Shown here: positions 37,300 through 50,185 of the stretch, in pieces
Layout: the number at the start of each line of letters is the position of its first letter
Position numbering within the stretch: the first letter of the stretch is position 1
Source of the DNA: Convolutriloba macropyga
Taxonomy: Eukaryota
Length of the DNA stretch: 64,000 nucleotides
NCBI RefSeq assembly: GCF_964194025.1
Contig: NC_134468.1
Location: 24,738,001-24,802,000 of the forward strand
Reading direction: 5' to 3'
The notes under the pieces: model-generated
Seen by the model: only the letters and a program-made list of their open reading frames with translations
What the model was told of the DNA's origin: nothing
Databases searched by the model: none
Made by a program: the position numbers and the translations under genes

Positions 37300-39362
37300 T
37301 ATCTGGATTTTTTTGATGGAAAAATTTACTTAAATTACCATCGGCTTTTAAATTTAGACAAAAAATGGTCCACGTTTGCCTTTTTTTCTTTCAGAATCGA
37401 ACATTTAAAAAAATTTTGTCAACAGAAAAAACTCGGTGAACTTGGACTAGTAAATCAATGATATTTATGTTTTATCAACTTTGTGCGTAAATAAGTTGTC
37501 CATTTTAATTGATTTAAAACAATTTCATTTTTTGTTATTTTTCGAGCAAAAAAAGGAAAGCTGTTGTTTACATCTTGATGACGCAAAAAGATATTTATTT
37601 CATTTTGAAAAAATAATCAAAGGCCATCCAGACGATCTGTGTTTTAATTACATCCAAACGATCCGTTAATTCATAAATCCCAAATTTTTGTTATTTTAAA
37701 ACTTTGAGACCTAGTCTCAAAAACAACGTACAATTGGTTTTCTAAGGGGCTTAAATTTATTCTATGTCGTTTTTTTTAGTTGAATGCTCACTGTTTTTAG
37801 TACATTCAGAAATATTAGTTTGAAAAATGAAAAAGTGTACTTTTGTGATTTTGCCATTTTTCCTTTTCTATCAATTCCAATCGTGAGGCGGAATTATTTT
37901 CTATCAAATAAAAAATTTGTTTTCAATGCGTTTTACCGACGTCACTGCGGTTTACCGCAGTGAGAATAGAAGATTCCAATTTTGTTACTTTTGTACATTG
38001 GTTCATTTTTGTATAGTTGTTCATATATAGTTCATATATAGTTGTTCAATTAGTTGTCCTAATTATCTTATGTCCCTGTAACGCTGAATATAGTGCACGT
38101 AGTACAACAACGGTGGTGAAAAGAGCACAACTAAACTTATCAAAGTTTTATTAATGATTAGTTTATAGTTTTAACGGCTTCGTCGCCGTTTTCACTCAAT
38201 TTTTAGTTGAATTTCTGAACTTTGATTATAATTGTCGTTATTTGTAGTTGTATGATATATTTTTGTAGAAAGATAGGCCGCACACAATTTTTGGAGCGAC
38301 AAAAAACCTATTTAAGGGTTTAAATTCATAGCTAATTGTGTCCGTGGCTTTGAATTTATTCTTTTTAATAAAAAAATCCTCGTTTTTTTCAATTTTTACC
38401 GTTTTTTTAGTCATTTTTCCTCATTTTTGTAAACTTGTAGCTTATATTCTTCAATGAAGGCTTCCATCTTTTCCAGTGAATTGAATTATGAACTTCTTTT
38501 CAGCTTTTTCATTCTTATAATAACAACTTTCTAGATTTGATTTTAGAAGCCTTCACAAAAGTTGCTGTGATTCAGGAATTTTTTTTACCATTATTGAGTT
38601 TAATTTTAGGTTTCTTGTCGCATTAGTAAACTAATTACAAGTCCAATTGTCTTTAAAAGCAGGTCCAATCTTACAAAAGTAATTCTGATTTATTTACCAG
38701 ATTAGGATTTTAATCTGTTGTACCTGACCCTAAGAGAAATTATAGTAAATTTTTCATTTTTTCTAGTTTTTGTTGTTCCTTTATTTGTCTTATGGAATGT
38801 TCTGGATACTGGAGGTCCAATATCTTCCTCTGGAGTTATGGAGAAACGCATTAAATGATTTCAGTTGATTGCTAATGGTTTTCAAATTTTTTGCTCATGA
38901 TTTAGATTGCTAATGATTTAAATTTTTTGCTCTTTCAAAAACAGAAACGTTTTTATTTTTATCTTTTCCCTTTTTCTCTACTTGTTACAGTCTCTTTAAG
39001 TGCAGTTCCCATCTATTTGCTTATAAAATTGTAAGTTAATTTGTTCAATTTGCTTTTTTGTGATGCTATGTGACGTTATGTATGTTTTTGTTTGTTATTT
39101 GTTATTTTGTTTGTTATTTGATTTTTGGTTGTCTTGAATCGTAGTCTTGTTTATGGCACAACTCAAAATGGAAAGGTCTAATTCGTATATTGATTTAAAT
39201 AATTTTTTTGTTCACACACTAATTATTTTTGAGAAAAATGTAGATGTTTAAAAGTTTTGTATCTCTTCCTCTTTTGGAGGAAAATTGAATAAAAATTGAA
39301 ATGGCAAAAAGTAGATGAGAGGGGTCGATTAAGTGCAAACGCACATATCCGAGTCTCTGGTC
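37300..39362 (+). mobile_element. Degenerate copy C of a DINE-1/HINE-like (Helentron-associated) non-autonomous element; 5' boundary uncertain
   Basis: The 3' end GATGAGAGGGGTCGATTAAGTGCAAACGCACATATCCGAGTCTC matches the copy B end (58385-58432). Internal matches include TTTTAACGGCTTCG (38169 vs 57037) and 37705-37860 versus the reverse complement of 49060-49210. Confidence 0.55.
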
Positions 39363-40189
39363 AACTGAAAAAATTGTTAAATGCTGTCTATAGGATATGG
39401 TTTTCCAGTTTCATGAATAAACACTGTCTACGAAACTTACACATGATATTTCAAATATATTTGTCTAGAAAAATTATACCAACAGTCCCTCATTTTTTGC
39501 TTTTGAAATTAATCGACTGAAATTCTGATCGCCTTTCATGTAATGTTTTGCATTATCTTTTTTCACCCTTCGCTTGACCCAAACGTAATCTTAGCTCATC
39601 ACTTTTAAAGCTAACAGTGCATTTTGCCCAAAGAATGTTGCGGATTAATATATTTAATCTTAAATCGTATAATCAATCTATCTAGCTGAATGAATTGTGA
39701 TTACATTACTCAATTGTGCCTAACGCTATGAAATGTTTTCAAGAAAGCAATCATCATAATTTTTTAGTCATATGATTTCATGATCAAAATTTTATTTGTA
39801 AGTTTTGATATTCATACCCATAAATCCAAAGCCTGACTGATATCTGTTTTTACATTTCGATCTTCTTCAACATCTGAAAAATAGATGCAAAACAGTCTAG
39901 CATGCTTTCATTTTTTGAACCTCTTTGTAGAAGCTCAGTTGCTTACGAAATTCGATTCCAATTTTTCTGAAATACTGTTTTCACAAAAAAAATAATTTCC
40001 TGCATTCTCAATTAAATTGCAAATTTCCCTCACTTTTTGGACATGTTGTGGTTACTTTGAGAGTGTGCCATTTTTCCATAGGGTAACTCTATTTGGTATA
40101 AAAAATTCATTTTTCATTACATCAAGGCAATGTCATTCTGAATAGAAGGACATGTGAGAGCTTTTTTGTATTGTATTCTGATCATTTAC

Positions 40190-40409
40190 TGTTACGATTT
40201 ACAATAACCTTTGATACAATGACCTTCAACGCAATCCGAGCAAGATGAGGAAAACAATGATAATTAACCACGTGCTGAAACCAAATGTTCATAATTTCAA
40301 ACGATATTATCACATTCACTTGGTCTTTTCGAGCTTGAGATTCTTAAGCATAAAGCGTTATACTAAAGCATTTCTAAGCAAGTGATTCAATTAATATTGC
40401 ACCGCAACA
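40190..40409 (+). repeat. 5' LTR (220 bp)
   Basis: TGTTACGATT...CCGCAACA; 5 substitutions relative to the 3' LTR. Confidence 0.97.
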
Positions 40410-40411
40410 TT

Positions 40412-40428
40412 TGGTCCGCAGACCCGGA
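40412..40428 (+). promoter_or_regulatory. Primer-binding site TGGTCCGCAGACCCGGA (tRNA-Tyr-like)
   Basis: Starts 2 nt after the LTR CA and begins with TGG. It resembles the canonical tRNA-Tyr PBS TGGTCCTTCGAGCCGGA with central mismatches. Confidence 0.7.
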
Positions 40429-40580
40429 CACGAAACAGGGACCCATCTTTTGCGTTCTTTTAATTTGTTTTTAGCTTTCAGCACAGCAAAATCCACGAAA
40501 AAGACAAACGAAACTAATACGAATAAAGACCAGCATCAAAGACACGAAAAAAACGCCCTCAAAGGCAACAGCAAGTCAAA

Positions 40581-43500
40581 ATGTCCAATCTTGAAATGCA
40601 GAAACAGTCGCGGGGATCACACCGCAGCGTTGCTACAAGGTTTAACAATGAGGCTGAAAATATCATGTCAAAAGATCTAGACACCATTTCAGAAGCAGAC
40701 ATCAACAGACTAAATCAGGAAGCGACACTTCTCACCCGAAAGCAGAATTTTCTGGTAACTTTGAACCAAGAACTTCAACAGAACTTGACGGAGGCGGAAG
40801 CACTGGACAATGACATTCTGGAGTCCGAGGAAGTTGATGACAAGTTGACACAGAACATTGATGCAATCAAACGCTTCACGAAACGTTTTGAGGGACCTTC
40901 AACAGCAGCAGATACATCAACGCCATCTACTTCAACGCTCTCCGATGCTATGAGGAACTCAGCCAACATCAAGTTACCAAAACTCAATCTGCCAGTTTTT
41001 TCGGGTAATTATATGGAATGGACTTTGTTCTTTGATTTGTTCAAAGGAGCAGTCATCGACAACAGTTCTCTTCAAGGAAGTCAGAAGTTGCAGTATCTGA
41101 AAGCATCTGTAAAAGGTGATGCCGCCAAACTGCTTGCCTCGATACCAGTTACCGATCACAACTTCGACATTGCTATGAATACTCTGATAAACAGATATGA
41201 GAACAAGAGGATCATCATTCGCACACACCTGCATTCAATTGTTTCGTATCGATCACTGACAACCGATAATGCCAGAGACTTAAGAAATTTAATTGAAGCA
41301 ATGGACGAACATCGACTTGCCTTGCAGAATTTGGGAGAACCATCAATAGTCAAGACATCTTTTTTGTTTACTTGATCAGTGAAAAACTGCCTACAGAGAC
41401 AAGAAAACAATGGGAGCTGTCTTCAAAAGGCAAGGAACCTCAAAGGTATGCAGAGCTCAGAATTTTCTTAGAAGAACGCGCACAAGCACTCGAGGCAACA
41501 GCGCCAAATGCAGTAGGAGCGACAAAAACTCAAATGAACGGGAACCAACGAAATTTGCACACACATTTGGCGACCTCCGAGCAACAATGCGAATGTTGTG
41601 AAGAAACGCACAAAATTTTCAAATGCGGAAAGTTCAAGAAACTTTCAGTAAGGGAACGTGCAGAGCTGATAAAGGTTAGAAAACTCTGTTTCAATTGTCT
41701 GCGACCGGGACACAGATCAGAAGATTGTGATGGATTGAAATGCAAGCAATGTGGTAGAAAGCATCATACTTTTCTTCATCGTGAAAACATTCACAACAAA
41801 AACGCCAATCAGCAAACAACTAGCGGAACAACCAGCACTCAAGCAAATGACAAACAGAAGAACAACGCTATAACAACAACAGCAATTGCAAAAGCTAAGG
41901 ATGAAAACAAGTTCACAGGAGCTATGACTCAACGACCTTCAGAAGAAGTCTTTCTTCAAACCGCAATTGTTGCCGTTAATGTTCACGGCGAGACAATTCT
42001 ACTTAGGGCACTTCTAGACTCGGCTTCACAAAACAACCTTATAACTGAATCAGCAGTACAAAGGTTACAATTGAAGAAGAAAAGCAGCAACACCAAAGTT
42101 TTTGGACTAGGTGGGACGGTTCAAGACAACAAAGGTCGCGTGGACCTTCTTATCTCATCAAGGAACAGATCGTCCACTGTCAATATTAGTGCGTCAGTTT
42201 TGACAAAAATGACTGATAATCTGCCATCACGGTTCATTGACACCAGCCAATGGGAAACAGTAAAGGAGTTGGAGCTTGCTGACCCAGATTTCAACAAGCC
42301 GTCATCAATTGACCTCTTGATCGGAGCATCTCATTATGAAGATATAGTGATTGGCAACAATCGACTAAAGGAGCCTAACTGTGGAATAACATATAGGTTA
42401 TCAATGTTTTGTTGGGTCGTTATTGGAAGGGAACAGACAGACAAAACCTATACAAACGATCTGCAGACTTTCTTTGTTTCTTCAGAGCCAGAAAATTTGC
42501 AGCGTTTTTGGGAAATAGAAGAAGTTCCAGCAGCGCAGCTTTGGACAGCCGAAGAAAAACGCTGCGATGATCACTTCAAGGAAACAACTAGAAGAAGCCC
42601 TGAAGGTCGCTTCATAGTGAAACTTCCCTTCAAGAAAGAGACAAAAGCATTGGGAGATTCACTTCAACAAGCCAAAAAACGACTTCGCAGTCTTCTATTC
42701 AGATTGGAAAGACAACCCGACCTTTATAAGAGATACGCAGAATTCATTGGAGAGTTCTTTCATCTCGGACACATGGAGAAAGTTCCAACATCAGAACTTG
42801 TCAAGCCTGTCGAAAACTGCTACTATCTTTGTCATCATTGTGTGTTCAAGGAGTCAAGCACTACCACCAAGCTGAGGGTCGTTTTCGACGGATCCGCAAA
42901 GACGACAACAGGAGTATCTCTCAACGACAGACTCATGGTCGGACCAAAAATTCAGAAAGACCTTTTCAGCATTCTTGTTCGATTTCGACTACATCAAGTA
43001 GCACTTTCTGCTGATATTGCAAAAAAGTATAGACAAGTGGAATTGGACAAGGAAGACAAAGATTATCACCGATTATTGTGAAAAGATCCAAATTCAGAGG
43101 CGATTGAAACTTATCGTATGACTCGGGTAGCATACGGCATTGCGTCTTCGTCTTTTCATTCAATTCGACCACTACAAGTTCTTGCCGAAGAAACAACAAA
43201 CACTAAACTTCGTTTGTCACTAACAACTGATATGTATGTGGATGAACTACTTACAGGATGCGAAGATTCAGAAGCCACAGAGAAGCTTCAGGACGCCATT
43301 ATTCCGCTTCTTGCTTCAGCAGGTTTCGATATACGGAAATGGGTATCTAGCGACTCAAAACTTGTTTCAAGAATAGCTGCAACTTTCAGAGAAACGGAAG
43401 ACGAGAAGATAATTGAAAGCGAAGACTATGCCATTAAGAGGCTTGGGATAAGGTGGAATCCAAATCCTGATCAATTTGATTTCACAGTAAAACTTGACAA

Positions 43501-46429
43501 GGGAACTCCATTTACAAAACGGCAAATCCTCTCAGAAGTTTCACGTTTATTTGACCCACTCGGATGGCTATCACCAACGACTATTCAACATAAATCTTTT
43601 GTTCAACTGTTGTGGATGGACAAACTTAGCTGGGATCAACCTTTATCGGACCCAATTCTACAGCAGTACCTGCGACTTCGAGCACAACTGAAGGATCTTG
43701 AGAAAATTAGTCTTCAACGGAAGGTTCTCAAGCCAGCCACGAAATCAGATTTGCAGTTGCACGTCTTTTGCGACACTTCTACTACAGCTTACGCTGCTGC
43801 CGTTTTCATCAGACAGGAGACAGACAATTTCATTGGAACAAAAATGCTTACAGCAAAGACAAGAGTTGCACCAATCAAATCAGTTTGTGTGCCAAGGTTG
43901 GAACTTTGTGCTGCTCTGCTAGGAGCTAAGCTTGTTGAGGCAGTGACAAATGCTATTAGCGATGAACGGTTTCCAACTCCGAAGGTTTTTGCGTGGTCAG
44001 ATTCTACAGTTACAATTGCCTGGCTACAAGATTATCCGAAGAAATGGAAAAAATTTGTCGCCAACCGAGTAGCGAAAATACAAGAAATTATTCCAGCCAG
44101 TAGTTGGAAATATGTTCCAACAGAAGATAATCCAGCGGATTGTGCTTCCAGAGGATTAGCAGCAGCTGATTTGATGAACCATAAGCTTTGGTGGGATGGA
44201 CCAGAGTGGTTGCGGCAACCTGAAAACGCCTGGCCTTCACTTGACCTTTTGTCACCTACAGGAGAAGAGACCAAAAAAGAAGTAAAAGTGCAATCTGAAA
44301 ACGTGACAATGATTTCATCAAAAGAAGATAACGCAATTTTTTTGATGATAAACCGGCATTCGTCAATACATAAAGTTACAAGGACATTTAGTTATGTCCA
44401 AATGTTCATCAGCAGTATCAGGAGAAGAATTCAATCTCCAAAAGCGAAACAACGGACAACAAAAATGTCGAACAGCATAAAAGCATGCTCTTCAACGCCA
44501 AACGAAAAGACTGATAGTAATGAGCCTACGTCTCAACCAATGATCTGGACTTACAATTCAGTCTCTTTACAAAGGAAAAGATTTATACGAAGGACATTTC
44601 AACTGTACAGCTTCATACAGCGAAACTTTCTTCATGAATACAAGATCATCATGAATCAGCCCACTGAAGATGCAAACAACAGCAGCAGAGATGCGACAAA
44701 ACAATACGTTCAGCAACGTATCAAATCCACTGGACCAGAGGGGGTTGGTGGTATAGGTAGGGCCGGGGGCCCAGGTGCTTACATCAACACCAGGATTGGC
44801 AAGGGCACGGGAATCTCTTTAGTTACGAATGGTCCTCAACACATTTTTTAGGACCGGAGACCCGGGATGTCTTGTCAGCGCCAAGGGCGCGGACGAAAAT
44901 TGGAGCTCAAGTTCAGCCGGTACTCCTGAGGTTATAGGTAGGGCCGAGGGCCCAGGTAATCTTAGTCTTGTCAGCGCTGGGAGCGCAGATGAAAGTTCGA
45001 GCTCAGTTTCTACTAATTCCTTAGGTGCAGGTAGGGCCGGGGGCCCTGGTAATCTTTTCAGCGCCGGGGGCACAGATGATAATGTTTCTACTACCAATTC
45101 CTTAGGTATAGGTAGGGCCGGGGGCCCAGGTAGTCTTGTCAGCGCCGGGGACGCAGGTGAAAATGCGAGCTCAGTTTCTATTACCAATTCCTTAGGTATA
45201 GGGAGGGCCGGGGGCCCAGGATGTCTTGACAGCGTAGAAGCTGTCGGGGTCTCAAGGTATGATGTCAGACATGGTATAGGTTGGGCCGGGGGCCCTGGGG
45301 ATCAACTGTACATCGTGTCTACCGGGAATACAGACAATTCTAGCGAAACAGTACATCAATTCAACAAAGATGACACCAGAGAAATAAAATGTTTCGTTAA
45401 CGCCTATGCAGCAGCCACTAAAGCGAGACACAGAAAACGAAAATTTCCTAGAAGCAGCAGTCTCAACAGCCTTTCACCATTTTTTGATCAAGAAAATAAG
45501 GTGATTCGAGTTGGAGGACGCCTAGCCAATTCACCCTACACAATAGACCGAAAATTTCCAGTTCTTATTCCGAGAAAATCGCCAATCACTGAAATGCTTA
45601 TTCGAGAAGCACGCAAGAAAAATCTTCACGGAGGACCTCAACTGACGTTATACACGCTTCGACGAAATATTTGGATACCTGGAGGGCTTTCTATAGTGAA
45701 GGGTGTCTTAAACAGATGCAAGCCATGTATCCGATTTGCTGCCAAATTGTTACAGCCTCAGATGGGAGATCTACCTCGAGAACGAGTAGTGCCGTCATTT
45801 GCGTTCAGTCACTGCGGACTCGACTATTGTGGACCATTCTACACAAAAATGGAACTCGAACGCTTTTGAAAACATACGTTGCAATTTTCATTTGCTTCAG
45901 TACGAAGGCAGTTCACATAGAGCCAGTTATGTCTCTGACCAAGGACGACTGTCTTGCAGCCAATAAAAGATTTGTGTCTCGTCGAGGTATTCCTGATGAA
46001 ATATACAGCGACAACTCAACAACTTTCATTTGGACCAAGGGAGAGTTGGAGTTTCGACAAGCCTTAGCTACGCACGAGTTTGAAGATTTGATATCAACGT
46101 TCGGCAAGGAGAACAATATTACTTGGCTTACTATACCGCCTAGAACACCAAATTTTGGAGGACTATGGGAGGCCGCTGTCAAATCTTTGAAACGCCACAT
46201 GTACCGCAGCATTGGAAGAACAAAATTGTTTTTTGAAGACTTCACAACACTGTTGACACAATTTGAAGCAATCTTAAGTTCAAGGCCTACTACGTCCGTT
46301 TCAAATGATCCCAATGATGCCTTAGCACTTACACCAGGAAATGATAAAATAGTTCGAGTTGTTGAACTGAAGACATCATCTGGACTATTTATACGACCAG
46401 CTTGTCTTGTTAATGAAAGTGGATATTGA
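40581..46429 (+). pseudogene. BEL/Pao gag-pol polyprotein with frameshifts (~41340, ~44830, ~45850), a nonsense codon (43079-43081) and a C-terminal deletion
   Basis: Gag IKLPKLNLPVFSGNYMEW; three Cys/His knuckles (CECCEETHKIFKC, CFNCLRPGHRSEDC, CKQCGRKHHTFLH); protease ALLDSAS. RT KLRVVFDGS, ADIAK and YVDE (YVDD mutated); RNase H LHVFCDTS, PRLELCAA, WSDSTV and NPADCASRG. Integrase LHGGPQ..CKPC, GLDYCGP, SDNST and GLWEAAVKS. Confidence 0.95.
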
Positions 46430-46675
46430 CATGCCGTCATTAAGATCTGACAAAGAAAATGACACAGATGAAGAATGAACAACAGAGAATACAGACAAGG
46501 AATGACAGCAAGAAATTGTAAATTACAATTGTACAAAACTGGCAGACAAGAACTCATTGAATTTAAGAAAGTATCGATAAACTTGTGATGGGTTGCTGAG
46601 AAAAACTATTTACCACATTTGACCAGTTAACCAAAAAGCCAGTTTCAATGATATATTAATAAAGTTGAACCAGTT

Positions 46676-46689
46676 CAAGGAGGCCGGTA
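46676..46689 (+). promoter_or_regulatory. Polypurine tract (CAAGGAGGCCGGTA)
   Basis: Purine-rich tract abutting the 3' LTR, with a GGCCGGTA end as seen in BEL/Pao elements. Confidence 0.7.
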
Positions 46690-46909
46690 TGTTACGATTT
46701 ACAATAGCCTTTGATACAATGACCTTCAAGGCAATCCAAGCAAGATGAGGAAAACAATGATAATTAACCACGTGCTGAAACCAAATGTTCATAATTTCAA
46801 ACGATATTATCACATTCACTTGGTCTTTTCGAGCTTGAGATTCTTAAGCATAAAGCGTTATAATAAAGCATTTCTAAGCAAGTGATTCAATTAATGTTGC
46901 ACCGCAACA
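46690..46909 (+). repeat. 3' LTR (220 bp)
   Basis: Near-identical to 40190-40409; contains AATAAA at ~46862. Confidence 0.97.
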
Positions 46910-47190
46910 TTTACTTATATTATAAAAAGTACGAGACCCAGCAGAGAGGCTTGAGGTGGAAGCGAAAGAATTTCGGAACAGAAATTAAGTTGGAATATAA
47001 AATCAATGCTTTGAGTTACGCTGTCGACTGTACTCTTTTTCGGTGGAAAAAAAATAGCTGTTTTGATGGAACGTTAAATGGTTCAGGAAGCGATATGCGC
47101 GTCTTTCATAAAAATCACTTCCCAATCGGAACAGAGATATTACTCTAAATGTTGACGAGTCGATTTTATCTTCTTTTTTCAAAAATTATT

Positions 47191-50185
47191 CAAGGAGTCT
47201 CGGTAATGTGCTTTCAAGGAGTCTCGGTAATGTGCATACGCACATAATGTTCCGACCCCGCTCCTCCACATTCTTGGCTTCCAAATGATGAAAATATGAA
47301 TGTCTTTGAAAACTTTCAAAAACATGCATATCGTTCAATAAACAAACAATGGAATACATTGAATACAATAAAGCCACGCTAAAGTGCCGATGAAAGTCAT
47401 TGATAATAGGACTACTAGAAAGGACAGTAAAAAAATCAAACAAAAAACATTATTTACGACCAAAACCCGATGTCTATAATAAAAAAAAGCATAACAAAAT
47501 GAAACTCGCATCAGATAAAACCAAAACAAAGCGATATAAATTACACTTCAATAGAAAAGATATGGTACCTGTCCTCAATGAGACTGGTTAACAGGTTGAC
47601 AAATAGAACAAAGAGGTGAAAAATCAAATATACGTTTCTATTTTTGAAAACACTCACAGCCATTAATGTCATTAGATATGAAGTCAAATCTCTAAAATGT
47701 TCATCTATATCTCCATAGGAAGCAATTGAGACATGTCATTGACCAATAAATGTTCAATTGCGCAAAATATCAAAGCCATTGGGATCTACGATTATTGTTA
47801 TAAACTAAAAAAAGAAATCAAAAATTCTTCAAAATGTGCAAGTATATAAAAATCTCAAACATTTTTATGAAATCTCGTAGTAACAGTAATAACAAAGCTG
47901 AGAAACAATTGTTTGAAGCTAAAGCCGTTAATAAATTAAAAATAAAGCTCACTGGAAACGGGTTGTGAACTGTGTTTACAGAGACTGAGCTACAAATCGA
48001 CGAAAAACTTTTTAAAAAGATAACCAATGTCAAAATCCCAAGTATGTTTATTAAAACAAAAATTTTCAAAATTCACAACAGATTCAAGATTTCACAAAAA
48101 GCGATTGTTTAAGTTGCTCAGCCCAGGAAATCAATTGTACTGTTAATAGTCAGAAAAGTCACGACTCCACATAATAACAACGAACACTTAATGAAGCCAA
48201 AACTGCAAACAATTTTACGACATCACACTATTCATGGCACTATAATTATAAGATGTTATCTGGAAGACTTGGAAATTTTCACTTTCTCCTCATGTTAACA
48301 TCAGCGAAAGTTCCTTATAGAAGGACTGCGTAGATACGACAACAAACATAAACCCAAAAATTGAACAGTAAAGAAATCTCGAAAAATTTATATAAAACTA
48401 AATAGTCGAAGCAATCAGTCACAACGTATAAACAAGCGGAAAAAAGTGTTTGAATAAAAAAGTACTTAACGCTTCTAAATATTGAGATCGAGTTACGTGG
48501 TGACAAAAATCAAAAGAAAACGAGACAGTTAAAAATAATCTTTTTTTTTAAAAACTTGATTTGAAAGTCATTGAAACAAACAGCTATGAACCGAAGTCTT
48601 TAACTAGGCTAAATTATACGTCCTGAAGAAAATAATGAGATCAATGGTTATCAGTTATATGGAGTACAACAACTAAATTGAAGACAAACATAGGCAAAAA
48701 CAAAAAATACACAAAAATTTGCGAGATAACTGTGTCTCAGCACAAAAAGCATAAATTATTCAACAAAATCAATTGATATATGCAGATACGTCGTTTTTCA
48801 ACGCTGTTAATTTCCTCTACTATGCTTTCTTTTAATTTTATCTCTCAATAATGTGATAATTCGACAAGGAAACAAAATGAACTCATTAAATATGCAATTA
48901 TTATAAAAAATAAAAAGTGAAAATGCGTGATATCAAAACAACGAAAACATTAGTTGAATACAACACCGTTACCAACATTTAAAAATAATTCAAAAAAAAT
49001 TGGTTTTCAATTGTTTTTTCTGACACTGAATCAAAAGTTGAGAGAAATATGATAAAATAGTGGCAAAGTTCAAAATTTTACCAATTTTTTTTAAAACAAT
49101 TATATTCAAAGTCATAACAGATAACAGACATTAGATAACAACATAGAGAATTGTCTAAGGTCATTTTTAGCTCCATAAGAAATTACTCCATCATTGTTTT
49201 GAGACACTGAGTCATTGAGCTACAAAACTTATAACAAACCAAAGTAAATCTCAAGAAGTCCATAAAATTTTTACGAAAACCTTTGTTCAGTGCTCTTAAC
49301 TCTGAAACAATAATATTGTCTCGTTGGGCCTCTTTCATTGTAATTAGTATCTATCATTAAATGAGCTCTGGTTTGAAATTTTTGTCAGTAATTTACATGA
49401 AGAACATTTACATATTGGAAATATTTTGAAAGAAAGGTCATCTCCATCAAAATCAATTTTTTTTAATCGTAAGGATCCATGGTGAGATCAAGATCGGCCA
49501 AGATATTGCTGCGCGTCTAAGAAACACTCAATTGTTAAAATTTCTGAGAAACAGATCAATTTTTAAACAAAACTTTTTAATCGAAAATAAATAATGCATT
49601 TTGTATAACTATCGAGTTTAAATTTGCAAAAATCTGACAAAATTATAATTTTTTTAAGGTAGACTCTTAAAGAAGACTCTTAAAGTCAGCAAGATAACAA
49701 CTGTCTCTTTTTTGAGCGCAAATTTAAAGTAAGCGGGCTAAGAAAACTAATTTGTTCCAATTTTTGCCGAATAAATCCGAACTTTGAAATTTTTAGAATA
49801 AATTGTAGCCAAAAAACTGGGATCGGACAAATCAGCAGCCCTTCTCTATCTTTAGAAATAAAATCAATAACACTACAGTTAACAATTTTAACACATTTTT
49901 AAATCAAAATTGACGAAAATTCGGACAAAAATACAGAAAATGTGAATAAAAACAGTTGAATTACGTCCAATATTCACAAAACTTCGATAACTCCCTATAA
50001 AAACTAAAAGGCGAACGATGAAAAAATCTTTTTATTTCCATGTTTTACGCTGGACAGGCTTTCCTATGATACCACTTTTAACTCTCTACGATGATTATAT
50101 CGATCGGCCAAAATTGACTGAACAAAAAACTCATTTGAGTATATAATTGTTCCGACCCTCACCCACCAAATTGGGTCGGAACAAA
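47191..50185 (-). mobile_element. Copy A of the DINE-1/HINE-like (Helentron-associated) non-autonomous element, ~3.0 kb
   Basis: One end has CAAGGAG..., a stem-loop ATGTGC-ATAC-GCACAT and subTIR GTTCCGACCCC (47249). The other end has TTGTTCCGACCC-14 nt-GGGTCGGAACAA (50147-50184). This asymmetric subTIR/IR/stem-loop layout is the DINE-1/HINE architecture. No coding capacity. Confidence 0.75.

Larger units (their letters stand above)
40190..46909 (+). mobile_element. Full-length BEL/Pao (Belpaoviridae) LTR retrotransposon, defective
   Basis: TG...CA LTRs of 220 bp at both ends and a 5-bp TSD TTTAC (40185-40189 and 46910-46914). PBS follows the 5' LTR and PPT precedes the 3' LTR. Domain order is gag-PR-RT-RH-IN with Pao-typical motifs. 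Confidence 0.98.
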
